Shown here piece by piece: positions 14,361 through 27,989 of a stretch of 64,000 nt of DNA (position 1 is its first letter; every line of letters starts with the position of its first letter). This stretch comes from Octopus bimaculoides (lineage: Eukaryota). The notes under the pieces were generated by a model that did no database searches, had not been told where the DNA came from, and saw nothing but the letters and a program-made list of their open reading frames with translations. The stretch covers positions 37,288,781 through 37,352,780 of the forward strand of contig NC_068986.1 in NCBI RefSeq assembly GCF_001194135.2, in the 5' to 3' direction. Position numbers and translations under genes: made by a program.

Positions 14361-15149
14361 TGTAATAGATGAAATATAAGAATACCGAGTCCAAGCCTAT
14401 GTTTTCTTTTATATATATTCTCTCTATACGTAAAATAAATACCTCTTACTACGTCAATATATACAGCCTTAATCGTATGCACAACTATGTATATAAATAT
14501 TTTCTTAAAATACCTCAAGAATACACCTTAGACCAAGAAATTCACCAAATGACCCAGTTAAAGTAGGTTTTAGAGCGATAGTAAACTAATATATTTTAAA
14601 GTAACTGAAGTAAAAATAATGTGAGTCATGTATATCAAACTAAACATGTATTATATTCTAAACGGAATATACATTATCCTGGGCAAGATATTAAAAAAAA
14701 ACTGCATCTGGTATTGAGAATATAACTGGGGAGTTCATGCGATATGGGGGAATATAGAGTTACTCTTTCATTGTCACTACACACAAACCCACGCCGACCC
14801 GGAATGGTCGTATCTGTCAAAGGCCAAGTTATGAACCAATTAGCAGAAAATGGCGATATGACTAAGGCATATAGGACTCGGAGAAGGACTGGCCTTCTAG
14901 ACATCTGTCGCACAGGCCTGTGTACAAGAGCTGATGGCACGTGAACTAGCTTCCCTGTCCAAGGATTAAAAAGGGCTTGTGCCTCTGAAGTGAGGGTGAT
15001 AAAGTAGGAGACAATCTGAGTAAACTGTAAATGAAGCCGACAGAAAGCAATGGGAAACTACAGCTGCATATTCCTAAGAGAAAAGTCATGTATCTTCAGC
15101 TTTTAGCATTAGAGGTCCACGATCGCCAGTGCCTGTAGGTATGGCGGAT

Positions 15150-15220
<71 letters not shown>
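15150..15220. repeat. (GA)n microsatellite
   Basis: Direct reading. Confidence 0.95.
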
Positions 15221-15223
<3 letters not shown>

Positions 15224-15620
15224 TTAAAGCGAAACACAATTGTTTTTTTCTGAAACTATACTCTTAAACCAAGGTCATTATTACTTTTGAATGCAGTGAA
15301 TTTTCTATTCAGTTAAGAACGAGATTTCATAAAAATCTGGCATTTTACATATTTAATGTTAACCTTTAAAATTGCTAATATTTTAATTTATGCAACATTA
15401 ACTGTGTTCTTTTATAATCGCACTGTTTCGTAATGTGGTAAATTCATTAAAGTATCTCTCTACAAAATATTTACTGAGCAAATAATCTCTCGTTTCTTTT
15501 GCCGTATATTTATTTCACTTTTACTAACTATTAATGATTCATTAAAAAAAAACACATTAAAACATAAAGAAAAAACAAATACACGTTTACAACACTGGCG
15601 GTTTTTTCTTTTTTTTTTTT

Positions 15621-15660
<40 letters not shown>

Positions 15661-16089
15661 GATATATAAATAGAATTTTTGCTGTAGATCCTTAGTATTA
15701 GAATTACCTAAGAATTGTAAATACAAATTCTGAGAAGATGAGAAAAGATAAGGCAGCACTTAGGCAGAACTGACATCCCCTATCTAGATTGAATAAACTC
15801 GTTCGTATTATCGGACATAATTATTTAACTTGATTCCAGTTAAGTGAGGAGGTATTAGTACAACCGTTAAAATAATATGAAATCGTGGCGCATTGCGATA
15901 ATGGTTGTAACTGAAATAGACACACCGACTAAAATATCATATGGAAGATGAGAACCTACGAAGTTCATGCATTTTACACGTGTATGGACGCAAATATAGC
16001 AGTATAGTTAAGACGCTCGCTTCGCAATTCCGCGGTTCCATGTTTCTTTACATTTTGTGGAATCCTGCGCAAGAGATTGCATTTTTTTT

Positions 16090-16290
16090 AGCGCACTGGA
16101 CAAAATGCTTTGCGGCATTTTTTCCGGTTCTTTATGTTCTGAGTTCAAATACTGCCAAAGTCAACTTTACCTTTCATCCTTTCGGAGGTCGATAAAACAA
16201 AGTATTAGTTGAGCACTGGGTTCGATGTAACCAACTAATTCCGCCTCGCCCCTCACCTTCAAACCACTGGCGCAATGCTAAAATTTGAAA
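16090..16290 (+). mobile_element. SINE family A
   Basis: aaatgctttgcggcattt, gttctgagttcaaatact and acctttcatcctttcggaggtcgataaa motifs. Confidence 0.75.
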
Positions 16291-16609
16291 GAATTATTAT
16301 AAGTACGAGCTGGGCCCCGTGCCGTCAAGAATGTTGGGTAATTGTAGTATTTTATGTATAAATAAGGACAAGAGATAGAATATGGATGGTAATTCAAATT
16401 AATACACTTCTCAATGTTATCTAGTGGTTGTCTTTTTTGAGATGTGACATTGATCATCGTTTGCTACTGAATGAACGCTGGTTCACATATACAAACAGTC
16501 ATATACTTCCCTTGTACACGCACACACATACACACATATACTCACACAGAGTTGAAACACTATTTGATCTTTCTTTTCAGCGTTGAATGTTCACCATCCC
16601 ACTTCCATT

Positions 16610-16661
<52 letters not shown>

Positions 16662-16892
16662 TCACATGCCTCTCTTTTATATACACACACATATATTCAC
16701 ACAGAGTTGAAACGCTGTTTGATTTTTTTTTCACTGTAGAATTTCCATCATCCCACTACCAGTATGCCATCACTCCTTCCTTCCTTATTCATCTATCACC
16801 CCTTCCTTCCTTATTCATCTATCACCCATTCCTTTCTCTTTCATATGTTGCGGCGGAGAAAAACCCAAGTGTATTATTATAGTAGATCATTA

Positions 16893-17240
16893 AAACGGCA
16901 AGTTGGCAGAATCGTTAGCACACCGGGCAAAATGCTTAGCGGCATTTCGTCCGTCTTTACATTCTGGGTTCAAATTCTACCGATGTTGACTTTCATCTTT
17001 TCGGCCTTCTACCAATAATAGAAAGGATTATTTAGGCGGTGAGCTGGCAGAATCGTTAGCTCGTCGGATAAAATACTTAACGGTGTTTCTTACGGCTCTT
17101 TACGTTCTGAGTTCAAGTACCACCAAGGTGAACTTTGCCTTTCACCCTTTCGGGAGTCAATAAAAACAAAGTGCCAGTCAAGTGCTGGAGTCCATATAAC
17201 CGCCTAAAATTACTGGCCTTATGCCAACATTTGAAACGGT
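16893..17240 (+). mobile_element. Two head-to-tail SINE family A copies (first internally deleted)
   Basis: Heads at 16893 and 17033 (ggcagaatcgttagc); the first tail agaaaggattatt abuts the second head. Confidence 0.8.
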
Positions 17241-17939
17241 TCTTACCTCTGGAATGTCTTTGATGAGAGGTCTCTATACAGCCTGGGCTGACCTTCGGCT
17301 GTACAACTTCAACAGCAGTTACACTCATTCATTCATTCATTCATTCATTCACTCATTCATTCATTCGTTCATTCACTCACTCATTCATTCAATGACTTCT
17401 TTCTTTATATATACTCCACAACCAAACTATAAACAATTTCAACGCAGCCTGTCATTGATTGTGTATCATTAGAAACAGCAAAAGAAAGAAAAATGGAGTA
17501 ATGTTGAGGCAATGTCGTGTTGATTATGATGATCATAATAAAGTTATTTTGTAATCATCCATCACACGGCAGGAAAGAACCGATTTATTACTTTTTTCCC
17601 TGCTCCACCTTTTTTTTTTTTTTGTAACAAGAGAATTAGGAATTTTACAACGAAAGAAGACGTTTGTAAATGTTTTGAGGTGATGACCTAAAAAACTACC
17701 GCATATAGGGAGGAAATAAAAAAAAAAGGTTTCTTTCTTTCTTCTCTCTCTCTCTCACTCTCTCTCTCTCTCTCTCTCTCCCTCTCTGCACACATATATA
17801 CACTCATACGTATATACATACATGCATGCACACAGGCACACGCGCGCGCACACAAACTCACACATTCTTTTTATTCTTTTACTAGTTTCTTTCACTTGAC
17901 AGTGGCTATATTGGGTCACCGCTTCCAAGGGTTTTAATT

Positions 17940-18040
17940 AGAAGGCAAAGCTGACCCGGCAGAATTGGAACTCAGAACGTAAAGATGTCGCGAAGCATTT
18001 TGCCCGGCGTAATCATGATTATGGCAGCTCATTGCCTTCA
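17940..18040 (-). mobile_element. SINE family A 5' half
   Basis: aaggcaaag...gaactcagaacgtaaag...gcattttgcccggcg is the reverse complement of the head and B box. Confidence 0.65.
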
Positions 18041-18584
18041 CCCACTCTTTAAAAATGCGGAAAAAATTAATCAGGAATACATATCCATACGGTTTTTCTG
18101 TTCTCATCATTGGGCAATTCTAAAATATTTAAAACTGTCTCTTTTTATTTAAGCATAACAATTTTTATGTCCTCTTTCAAACACATCTCACCTGGAGCAA
18201 GAACAGAAACACACTGGTTTATACCACTGTCACATGTTGCGTTACTGTCAGTCAATTGAATCGTTTATGTCATTCTGGTGAGTATAAATGGTTTCTGTCA
18301 ACTACGCCTTTTCTTACTGCTATTCCTACTCATGCTCCCTATTATATTTTCCTCTGTTCATGTTACCGTCTGCATGCATCTTATTCGTTCAGCAACTGTG
18401 ATATGACGATATGATGCTAAACAGCTATCGTTTGCAAACTGCAATTACATAATGTGATTATGTATATATATATATATATATANNNNNNNNNNNNNNNNNN
18501 NNNNNNNNNNNNNNNNNNNNNNNNNNNNNNNNNNNNNNNNNNNNNNNNNNNNNTAAACAAATTGTGCAGTTATTCTCTTTAATC

Positions 18585-18984
18585 TTTTACTCTTTTACTT
18601 GTTTCAGTCATTTGACTGTGGCCATGCTGGAGCACCGCATTTAGTCGAGCAAATCGACCCTAGGACTTATTCTTTGTAAGCCTAGTACTTATTTTATCGG
18701 TCTCTTTTGTCGAACCACTCAGTTACGGGGACGTAACCACACCAGCATCGGTTGTCAAGCGATGTTGCGGGGACAAACACAGGCACACATACATATATAT
18801 ATACATATACATATATACGACGGGCTTCTTTCAGTTTTCCGTCTACCAAATCCACTCACAAGGCTTTGGTCAGTTCGAGACTATAGTAGAAGACACTTGC
18901 CCCAAGGTGCCACGCAGTGGGAATGAACCCAGAACCATGTGGCTGGTAAGCAAGCTACCTACCACACAGCCACTCCTGCGCCTA
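18585..18984 (-). mobile_element. Full-length tRNA-derived SINE, family B (CORE-like), with internal (TA/CA)n
   Basis: Minus strand: head aggcgcaggagtggctgtgtggtagg, B box gggttcattccc, CORE-like caccttggggcaagtgtctt, internal dinucleotide repeat, tail aatgactgaaacaagtaaaagagtaaaag. Confidence 0.85.
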
Positions 18985-19366
18985 CGTGCAATTATGTGCA
19001 ATTATATATTATCTACAAGCAACAATTGCTGCATGATGTTCTGCAATATGTAATTGTATACTATATGCTGCAGAGTTGATAGGTAGCAGAACTGTCTTAT
19101 ATGGTGTGCAGTAAAATTTCTTTGGTTCTGCAGACCTTCTAAGATTGCTTTCACTAATGCTGGGATCACATTCTTAAAATTCTTTATTCCTCGAGAACGC
19201 TCGCTTCTCTTTCTACGGATCTCTTTCCCCCACCCCTCTCTCCTTCCACCTTCTTCGGCTCTCCCCTTCCCCACTCTCTCTATATTCATAGCCTGGCGAA
19301 GCCCAAGGGAGAAATAAAATATATTATGTTGAACTTACGGCTATGGATTAAATACGTCTGTCTGTT

Positions 19367-19408
<42 letters not shown>

Positions 19409-20626
19409 TATATATTATTATTAATATCAGGAAATCAATGTTAGAAAATTATTCAGAAAAATATATACGTGTGTAAAATAATTATGGTATTAAAAATATA
19501 AATATACGTGCACCAGCATGACCGCAGCCACTTGGCTGAAACACATAAATAAATAAATAAATAAACATATGTAAATGTGTAGAAATATAAATACATAATA
19601 ATGANNNNNNNNNNNNNNNNNNNNNNNNNNNNNNNNNNNNNNNNNNNNNNNNNNNNNNNNNNNNNNNNNNNNNNNNNNNNNNNNNNNNNNNNNNNNNNNN
19701 NNNNNNNNNNNNNNNNNNNNNNNNNNNNNNNNNNNNNNNNNNNNNNNNNNNNNNNNNNNNNNNNNNNNNNNNNNNNNNNNNNNNNNNNNNNNNNNNNNNN
19801 NNNNNNNNNNNNNNNNNNNNNNNNNNNNNNNNNNNNNNNNNNNNNNNNNNNNNNNNNNNNNNNNNNNNNNNNNNNNNNNNNNNNNNNNNNNNNNNNNNNN
19901 NNNNNNNNNNNNNNNNNNNNNNNNNNNNNNNNNNNNNNNNNNNNNNNNNNNNNNNNNNNNNNNNNNNNNNNNNNNNNNNNNNNNNNNNNNNNNNNNNNNN
20001 NNNNNNNNNNNNNNNNNNNNNNNNNNNNNNNNNNNNNNNNNNNNNNNNNNNNNNNNNNNNNNNNNNNTTCTCTCCCTCTTTCTCTCTCTTCGATAAGGAA
20101 TTTTCTATTTTCATATCATATGTGACTTTGATATGTTTTCGGCCTTTTTAAGTCTTTAGACCATCAGAACCCCAACATCACTTGTCCATCACTTCTGACA
20201 TCCACCACCACCACCACCACCACCACCACCACCACCACTACTACTACCATTTCTATCCTCACTTCCACTATCACCATCACCTGGCTCTTGAGTACCTTTA
20301 GCAGAGCCTACTCTGTTACAAACATTAGGGCTAGGTCTCTAGTTTAAAGATACTCCACCACCACCACCACCACCACAATAACTCCAACTGCTCCTTTAAA
20401 AGAGCCATGGGTGCTACCCTTCTTCCTCTGACTTAATAAGTAAAACGTCCTACATTTTGGGGTGTGCTCTCGAGGATTATGTTGACCCTTCCTCTATATT
20501 TTGTTGCTATTTTATAATATTGGATTTAGAACCGGATTTGAAATCCGAGGTTGTGTCACAGAGGATAAGAAGGTGCATAATTTTTCCTGAACTATCATTC
20601 CTGTCCATTTACACACGCCCCTTTTT

Positions 20627-20830
20627 TTAACCCTATTTCTATGGAAATATATTGCTTTTGTTTGAATTAATTTTGAAAATATTGAAGAATTTTGGAAAAT
20701 TGACTCTATCATTTATATTCCAAACGCCAAACTGGTGTTTGGAATATAAATTAACATGAAATTTCGAAAGACGGTTTTAATTTAGATCGCTTTAAAACAG
20801 GAAGCTTGTATTATAAAACCAGAGTTGGAC
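20627..20830. mobile_element. Possible MITE fragment starting TTAA-CCCT
   Basis: ttaaccct start resembles a piggyBac-type end; single copy in the window and no second end seen. Confidence 0.25.
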
Positions 20831-20968
20831 TCGGATGGGTTGGTGCCAAGAATGATTAAAGGAGGCGCACCAAAATTGTCTTTGATTCCGGATGCTGAAA
20901 AGCTTTGCTGCGACAGGGATTCTAGCATCCACAGCTGTTACTGTTTTGCATCTCTGATAGGTTAGTGA

Positions 20969-21356
20969 TTGTTGTTGGCACTCCGTCGCTTACGACGACG
21001 AGGGTTCCAGTTGATCCGATCAACGGAACAGCCTGCTCGTGAAATTAACGTGCAAGTGGCTGAGCACTCCACAGACACGTGTAGCCTTAACGTAGTTCTC
21101 GGGGATATTCAGCGTGACACGGAGTGTGACAAGGCTGACCCTTTGAATTACAGGCACAACAGAAATAGGAAGTAAAAGTGAGAGAAAGTTGTGGTGAAAG
21201 AGTACAGCAGGGTCCGCTACCATCTCCTGCCGGGGCCTCGTGGAGCTTTAAGTGTTTTCGCCCAATAAACACTCACAATGCCCGGCCTGGGAATCGAAAC
21301 CGCGATCCTATAACCGCGAGTCTGCTGCCCTACCCACTGGGCCATTACGCCTCCAC
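20969..21356 (-). mobile_element. Full-length tRNA-derived SINE, family C
   Basis: Head gtggaggcgtaatggcccagtggg (A box) and ggtttcgattccc (B box); closely related copies at 28758, 46011 and 49428. Confidence 0.85.
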
Positions 21357-22075
21357 TATCTCAATAATAAAAATATATAAAATACTAAGATACTAACTGA
21401 CTTACTGTGGAGTACCTTCTTCGCCATAGTACAAATATGTGTCACACCATTCTTCTAAGGCTTTTAAATATTTTTTCACATTCAAACGGCGGTGCATCAG
21501 CATGGCCGCAGCTCTAAGCTGAAACTAAATATTAAAAAAAACAGCCACAGAGTAGAAGAGATTAAATGAAGTCGATTGAATTGGCCCTGTTAGGGTTTTG
21601 TCTTTATACTACCAATCCCGGAACGATAAAGGGGTAAGGTTGAGTTTTCCATTTGAACTGTAGATCGATAAGACTAAATACTCAATGATTTCCATGCGCT
21701 CAACAATTTCTGGCAATAAAAAAGACATGTTTAACTCTTACGAGTATGAATTATTTATTTGTTTATTTTTATTTGGTACATGACTAATTTTTGTAAGGGA
21801 AGAGGAACAGCGAAGGGCCTCAATTTCCTGCGCATATTTTGTCCATTCCAGAGGAATGAAAGGAAAAATCTGACTCAGCAGAATTTTTAAATGAGAAATG
21901 AGGCAGAGTTCCATCATGTTAGCATGGCTGGAATTGTAATCGTAAAAAAGAAAGAAAAACACAAAAAAAAACAACAAATGAAGAACTGAGTGAAATGAAT
22001 GAATACCTTAAAAACCTATTTTCCAGCTCATTAATATGTAGGCTATCTCCACCGATCCCTACCTTTATAAACAGT

Positions 22076-22110
<35 letters not shown>

Positions 22111-22116
<6 letters not shown>

Positions 22117-22316
22117 CCTTTCTACTATAGGCACAAGGCCTGAATTTTTGTGGGGAGGGGGACAATCGATCACATCGACCCCAGTACACAACTGGTACTT
22201 AATTTATCGACCCCGAAAGGATGAAAGGCAAAGTCGACCTCGGCGGAATTTGAACTCAGAACGTAGTGACAGACGAAATACCGCTAAGCATTTCGCCCGG
22301 CTAACTCACCGCCTTC
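22111..22316 (-). mobile_element. Well-preserved SINE family A flanked by (ATT)n
   Basis: Intact core and tail; trinucleotide tracts on both sides. Confidence 0.85.
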
Positions 22317-22613
<297 letters not shown>

Positions 22614-22618
22614 TATTA

Positions 22619-22698
<80 letters not shown>

Positions 22699-23489
22699 GT
22701 ACAGACACATAGCCACTTATTTGGGAAGGGATGTTTAATTTAATGAACTCGTTAGAATAAAAAGCGAAGATAGCCCCTAAGGGATTTGAATTTACAAAAT
22801 AACTCGAGAGAATCAAATACTGAAAGTCATTTATTCGTGAAAATCCACAGCTTGTACTACTTTTCCGCCATTTTCTTTGTGTATGTTAAAATCTTAAAAG
22901 TTAATTCATAAATAAAATGTTTCTAAAACAGAATAATTTGATTGTGATTGGGAGAGATGGTTGACATCCCCGACATGAAACGGTTTTTGTTTTCCCCAGA
23001 GATTAAAGCACTGCGGCTAATTCAGCTAAAAGAAGGGCCAACGAAATATTATCAAGTGTTATTGGTAATAACGAAGGCTCAATAAATTCAAAAGTTCTAG
23101 CATTTAGTTAAGCAACAGCACTAATTGTGTTTTTTTTTTAAATTTAGACACAAGGCCTTCCAATTGATAATAACGCCTCTAACATTGGTACATGTTGTGT
23201 TACTATTTCGAGGTTTTGGAGCTTACTCATTGAGTGAAGGTGAGGTGTGACGATATCACGAGAGTATCACTTCTGCTGGGTCAATTCTCTAGTGGAGTGG
23301 CACAGACCACCATAGATGAGATCGTTCAATTGATCCTCAGTTAGTCAGTATATCCTTGTTGAACAATGGTTCTTGTATGGCGACTTGCAAGGAGTATCTG
23401 GATACACCGCAGATATTCATCCATGCAACCATCCATCTTCTACGTCTACTGTTCCTATCAGAAGCATTCGTCCTTACACTTTAGACTGA

Positions 23490-23730
23490 ATTATTAAGCG
23501 TGTCATACGAAACTATGGATATTACGTAACCATCTCATTCTTGATCTACCCCTAGATCTCCTGCCGATTGGCTCGGCTTGAAGAATTCGTCTTGCGATCC
23601 TTTCCAGCAACATTCTAATCACATGTCCAGAGTACCGGAACTGTGCGCTCCCAATGTGAAGAAATAGCAGCTCGACCTGGAGATTCTTTGATCTCCCTCC
23701 AAGCTACGCAACCTGTCGAGAACGCCACGG
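23490..23730 (-). mobile_element. RTE-clade LINE 3' fragment (second lineage)
   Basis: LQVELLFLHIGSAQFRYSGHVIRMLLERIARRILQAEPIGRRSRGRSRMRW matches the RTE C-terminal pattern (RWxGHxxRM, GxRxRGRPxxRW). Confidence 0.75.
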
Positions 23731-24734
23731 ATATAAAAAAAATATATAATTTAAGACTTTAGAATATTCACATTAATACTTGAGTAATTTGGAAAGCATG
23801 ATACCGTAAGTTTGTTATATATAAGTATTAGTAATGAATTTAAAAAAATCAGTTTTGTTTTAACTTTGCATGTAATGTGAAACAGTAAATGTTTAACTTG
23901 ATCTGCAGTATAGCATGAATGTTAAAAAACCATTGACCGTTGTTGGCTTATGAGTTGAAAGTTACTTACCAGGGACATTTTACCGTCACTGATGGTGTAC
24001 AAACAGCTAAGGTTCTAGTTTATGAGAATCGTTCTTTATGCCCATCTGGTTTCCTTAGTAAGGGCAGATTTAGCGCTTTGATAAATAACGAAAAACAAAC
24101 AGTAGAAAAACGTTGAAAACAATTCCAGAAAATTAATTTCCTATACAACATCGAGGTGGTTAGAATAGAAAGTGACTTCGAAAATATCGACTTCGAGTGA
24201 TAGGTCACTCGTAGTTTAATATGTTTATAACCGTAGCGACGGAGGTGACGAATGAGCTACACGTGGGCAATTGACATCCTAGAAATAGTAGCAAGAAAAG
24301 AAAATGCACATCAGATTATATATATTCATAGAATCTACTAGGAATGTCTTTGCTTAGATATCAACTTAATTACAAGCTGCGCTAGAGCAAAACAGCAAAC
24401 AATGACAAAAACAAGTATAGCAATGACAACATAAACAACTACAACATCAACAACAACTACAAAAAAAAACAGGGTCAAGACAATTATAGTCATCGTATCA
24501 TTAAATTGCATACAAATTTACTCTTAAACGATCGTTTTCATTAAGAAATTCTTTACAAACAAAGCAGAGACCCTTTATGATACGAACGAATGAAAATTGA
24601 TATGATAAGTATTACTTTCCAAAGAGTGCGTGTATATAGAAATGCATTCGGATATTTACAACCATGTCCAAAAGATACACACACATACACACACACGCAC
24701 ACGCGAGCGCGCGCACACAATCATACACAGGCAT

Positions 24735-24791
<57 letters not shown>

Positions 24792-25599
24792 TGTACATGC
24801 ACGTATAGACTTAGTGATTGCTCCGTTGAATTTACATTAAAATTTTGAACTAAAACTTAACAGCTCATTAGAAAATAAATCACCTTTGCGTAGCCTGTGT
24901 GCAAGTTTGTTTGTTTTTTTTTTGTTTGTGTGTGTGTGAGCATGCTTGTTTGTTTACGTGTGTGTGTATAACTGTGTCTGTGTGTATGTGCGTGTGTATG
25001 TGTGCACGCTTGTTTGTTTGTTTGTTTGTTTGTGCGTGTGTGTGATGCCTGAATCAGAAAGTGTGTATATATTTGTGTGCGTTGGTGTGTGTTTTAGACA
25101 GATCAAATTCAAAATGATTTTCACAGAAAAGTGACGAGGTAAAATGCTGCGTAACGAAGGAAGGTTTTTAGTGATTGGATTTCGTAACGTAAGCCAAAGT
25201 TTTAGTAAATAATAGTGTGAGGTAAAACAAAATTTGATTGCTATTTGATAGTTCTGAAGTTTTTGTGATGGGCGCGGCTCGGCTGTGGACCAGCTGCAGT
25301 CCGTGATTAAGAAATGCTCTGATAATTTGTGTGTGGTATAACACTTACTGATCTTATGACAGTAAAGAGAAATATGACCCGCCATTGGCTTGACAATTTA
25401 TCTGCTCTTCGGGTCTTCTCGTGGGTCGAGATCAGCAATGAAAGGTGTCGGAGAAGGTGAAAAATGATAGCCACGGGTGGAGAAAACAAAAAAAAAAAAA
25501 TAAATAAATGAAAAAGATTAAATCTTGATATGTAAGAAAAGATAAGAGTAGAGAGACTGACGATTAATTGTGTCTGTATAAAAACAATGATGTGAGCGA

Positions 25600-25604
25600 A
25601 AGAG

Positions 25605-25688
<84 letters not shown>

Positions 25689-25700
25689 CAGAAAGAGAGG
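25600..25700. repeat. (GA)n microsatellite
   Basis: Direct reading. Confidence 0.95.
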
Positions 25701-25740
25701 GAAAAGGGCGGAGACGGAAGTAAAGAAAATATACACTTAT

Positions 25741-26120
25741 ACAGGCGTAGCTGTCTGGTAAGAAGATTGCTTCTCGACCACATGATTCGAGGTTCAGTCC
25801 CACTGCGTGGCACCTTGAGCAAGTGTCTTGTGTTACAGCCCCGGTCTAACCAATGTATTGTAAGTGGATTTGGTAGACGGAAACTGAAAGAAGCTTGTGT
25901 TTATTCTTTGTGTCTGTGTTCGTCGACCACTATCGCTTGACAATCGGTGTTGGTATGTTTATGCCTCTTTAACTTAACAGTTCGGTAAAAGAGACAGATA
26001 GAATAAGTACTAGCCTTACAAATAAATAAATTCTGGCGTCAGTTCATTCAACTAAAAATTCTTCAAAGCGGTCTCCCAGTATGGCCGCAGTGTGAAACAA
26101 GTTAAAGATAAAAGATAAAG
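25741..26120 (+). mobile_element. Full-length SINE family B
   Basis: ggttcagtcccactgcgtggcaccttgagcaagtgtctt, then ggatttggtagacggaaactgaaagaagc, ending aaacaagttaaagataaaagataa. Confidence 0.85.
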
Positions 26121-26203
26121 TATACATACATACATACATGCATACATACATACATGCATACATACATACATGCATACATACATACATGCATACATACATA
26201 CAT

Positions 26204-26513
26204 GTAACACACTGCCTAAATACCAATCTTGAGAAACTAGGTTTCTCAAAACCAGAAATGAGAAAGCTAGCGATCCATGCCATCAATGGAACTGTAAAAA
26301 TCTGTAAAATTTTCCAGAAGTTTATCGTTTATGTATAAATTAGCATGTCTAGATATGCAACTATATGCGTTAGAATACAAATAAATCTGCACATATACAT
26401 ATATACAAAAATACCCTGTTGATGTTGAAATTCTAATGCCGGAGCCTTGGATCTGGGTTAGAAACCGGCTCTTTCTCTATCGGCTAGATATCTTGAAATA
26501 AAACTGATTAATG
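26204..26513 (+). mobile_element. 5'-truncated RLE-type LINE flanked on both sides by (CATA)n
   Basis: VTHCLNTNLEKLGFSKPEMRKLAIHAINGTVKICKIFQKF is homologous to the C-terminus of the 26692-27115 copy; (ACAT)n at 26123-26203 and 26514-26553. Confidence 0.7.
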
Positions 26514-26691
26514 ACATACATACATACATACATACATACATACATGCATACATGTGTAGGCCGTGTCACGTTTCTGTGGAAAACATCATGCGTGTGATTA
26601 GCAGCTGTCCTAAAATGTCGTCACAATTCTAACACCCTATGCAGCACGATGTTGTTGCTAAAATAATATACAAGACTGTCCTGCAATAAAC

Positions 26692-27115
26692 TTAGAAAAT
26701 CCCTCTGTTATGGAATACATTCATAAACACTAGCTCAAAGAATACTGGTGGAATACTCCCGTCAAAACGTCTGTCAAATGTAAACATAACAGGCCGGATA
26801 TTGTTTGGGACAGAGGGACAAAGGTATGTACCATCATAGAGGTCAGATGCCCTGCAGATATAAATATGAAAATCAAAGTAAAAGAGGATATACATGGACA
26901 GCTGCTTCGAAACCTCCAGCTTCTATATCCAGACTATGAATTCATATTCATACCAATAATAATTGGAGCATTAGGTTTTCTTAGTAAATGCTTAACGGAG
27001 AATCTGGATAAACTGGGATTTTCAGAAAGAGAAATTGTCCGGCTGATTCGTACATTAAAAGTGCAATCTGTGAGTGGAACAGTAAAAATATGCAAGACTT
27101 TTCTCAAGTTCCAAA
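26692..27115 (+). mobile_element. RLE-type LINE fragment with a recognisable endonuclease domain
   Basis: In frame upstream of ORF 26866: YWWNTPVKTSVKCKHNRPDIVWDRGTKVCTIIEVRCPAD, then IPIIIGALG and SGTVKICKTFLKF (PD..E motif). In-frame stop at 26731. Confidence 0.8.
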
Positions 27116-27119
27116 TACG

Positions 27120-27330
27120 TGTGTGTGAGTATGTTTGTGTGTCTGTGCTTGTCTCCCCACCATCGCTTGACAACCGATGTTGGTGTGTTTATGCGTCCGT
27201 AACTTAGCGGTTCGGCAAAAGAGACCGATAGAGTAAGTACTAGGTTTACAAAGAACAAGTCCTGGAGTCGATTTGTTCGTCTAAAGGCGGTGCTCCAGCA
27301 TGGCCGCAGTCAAATGACTGAAACAGAACA
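27120..27330 (+). mobile_element. SINE family B 3' half
   Basis: ccatcgcttgacaaccgatgttggtgtg, cggtgctccagcatggccgcagtcaaatgactgaaac. Confidence 0.85.
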
Positions 27331-27384
27331 AAATGTACACATATATGGATATGTGTAAAATTTAATATAATAAAAGATAAAGAC

Positions 27385-27591
27385 CGCCCCCCCCCATCGC
27401 TCATGAATGACCATGGAAAGGTAAAGGCAGATATAGCTTATCGCAACTCATTTCTACAACTGAGTGAACTGGAGCAACGCGAAATAAAGTGTCTTGCTCA
27501 GGAACACAACACACAACCTGATCCGGGAATCGAACTCACTGCCTCATGAGTGTGAGCCTGACGCTTTAACCATTGAGACATGCGCCTTCAC
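27385..27591 (-). mobile_element. tRNA-derived CORE-like SINE, family E
   Basis: Minus strand: gaaggcgcatgtctcaatggttaaagcg head, gagttcgattccc B box, cctgagcaagacactt CORE-like segment. Confidence 0.65.
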
Positions 27592-27989
27592 ATATGTGCA
27601 TTATAATATATATTTATAAGTACACATAAACGGATATATACATTTATACACACATTCATCCATGCATAAATGCATACTTGCACACACACGGACGCGCGCA
27701 CGCATATATATCTTGCATATGTTTGTATCAATGTGTGACTGTATGTGTGTGCGCGTATGTGTGTGCGCGTATGTGTGTGCGCGTATGTGTGTGCGCGTAT
27801 GTGTGTGTATACATGTATAATATGTAAAAATGAAAACACATTGCCAGATTTCGCGCCCTATTTTGCTCTTTGCAGACAAACATAATTCTACTTTTATTGA
27901 ACTACAGACACACTAAACCTAAATATAACCTACATACTATTATGATCGGCCATTATTATGATTGACCGTTGACTGAACACTATTCAATT

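Noticed and set aside
19002-19289. 95-aa minus-strand ORF with faint resemblance to an RLE C-terminus
   Set aside because: No diagnostic motif (GALG, GT) is preserved, and the N-terminal third is purine-rich low complexity.
21280-21356. tRNA-like A/B-box sequences (also at other SINE heads)
   Set aside because: They continue into SINE bodies and lack a full cloverleaf; not tRNA genes.
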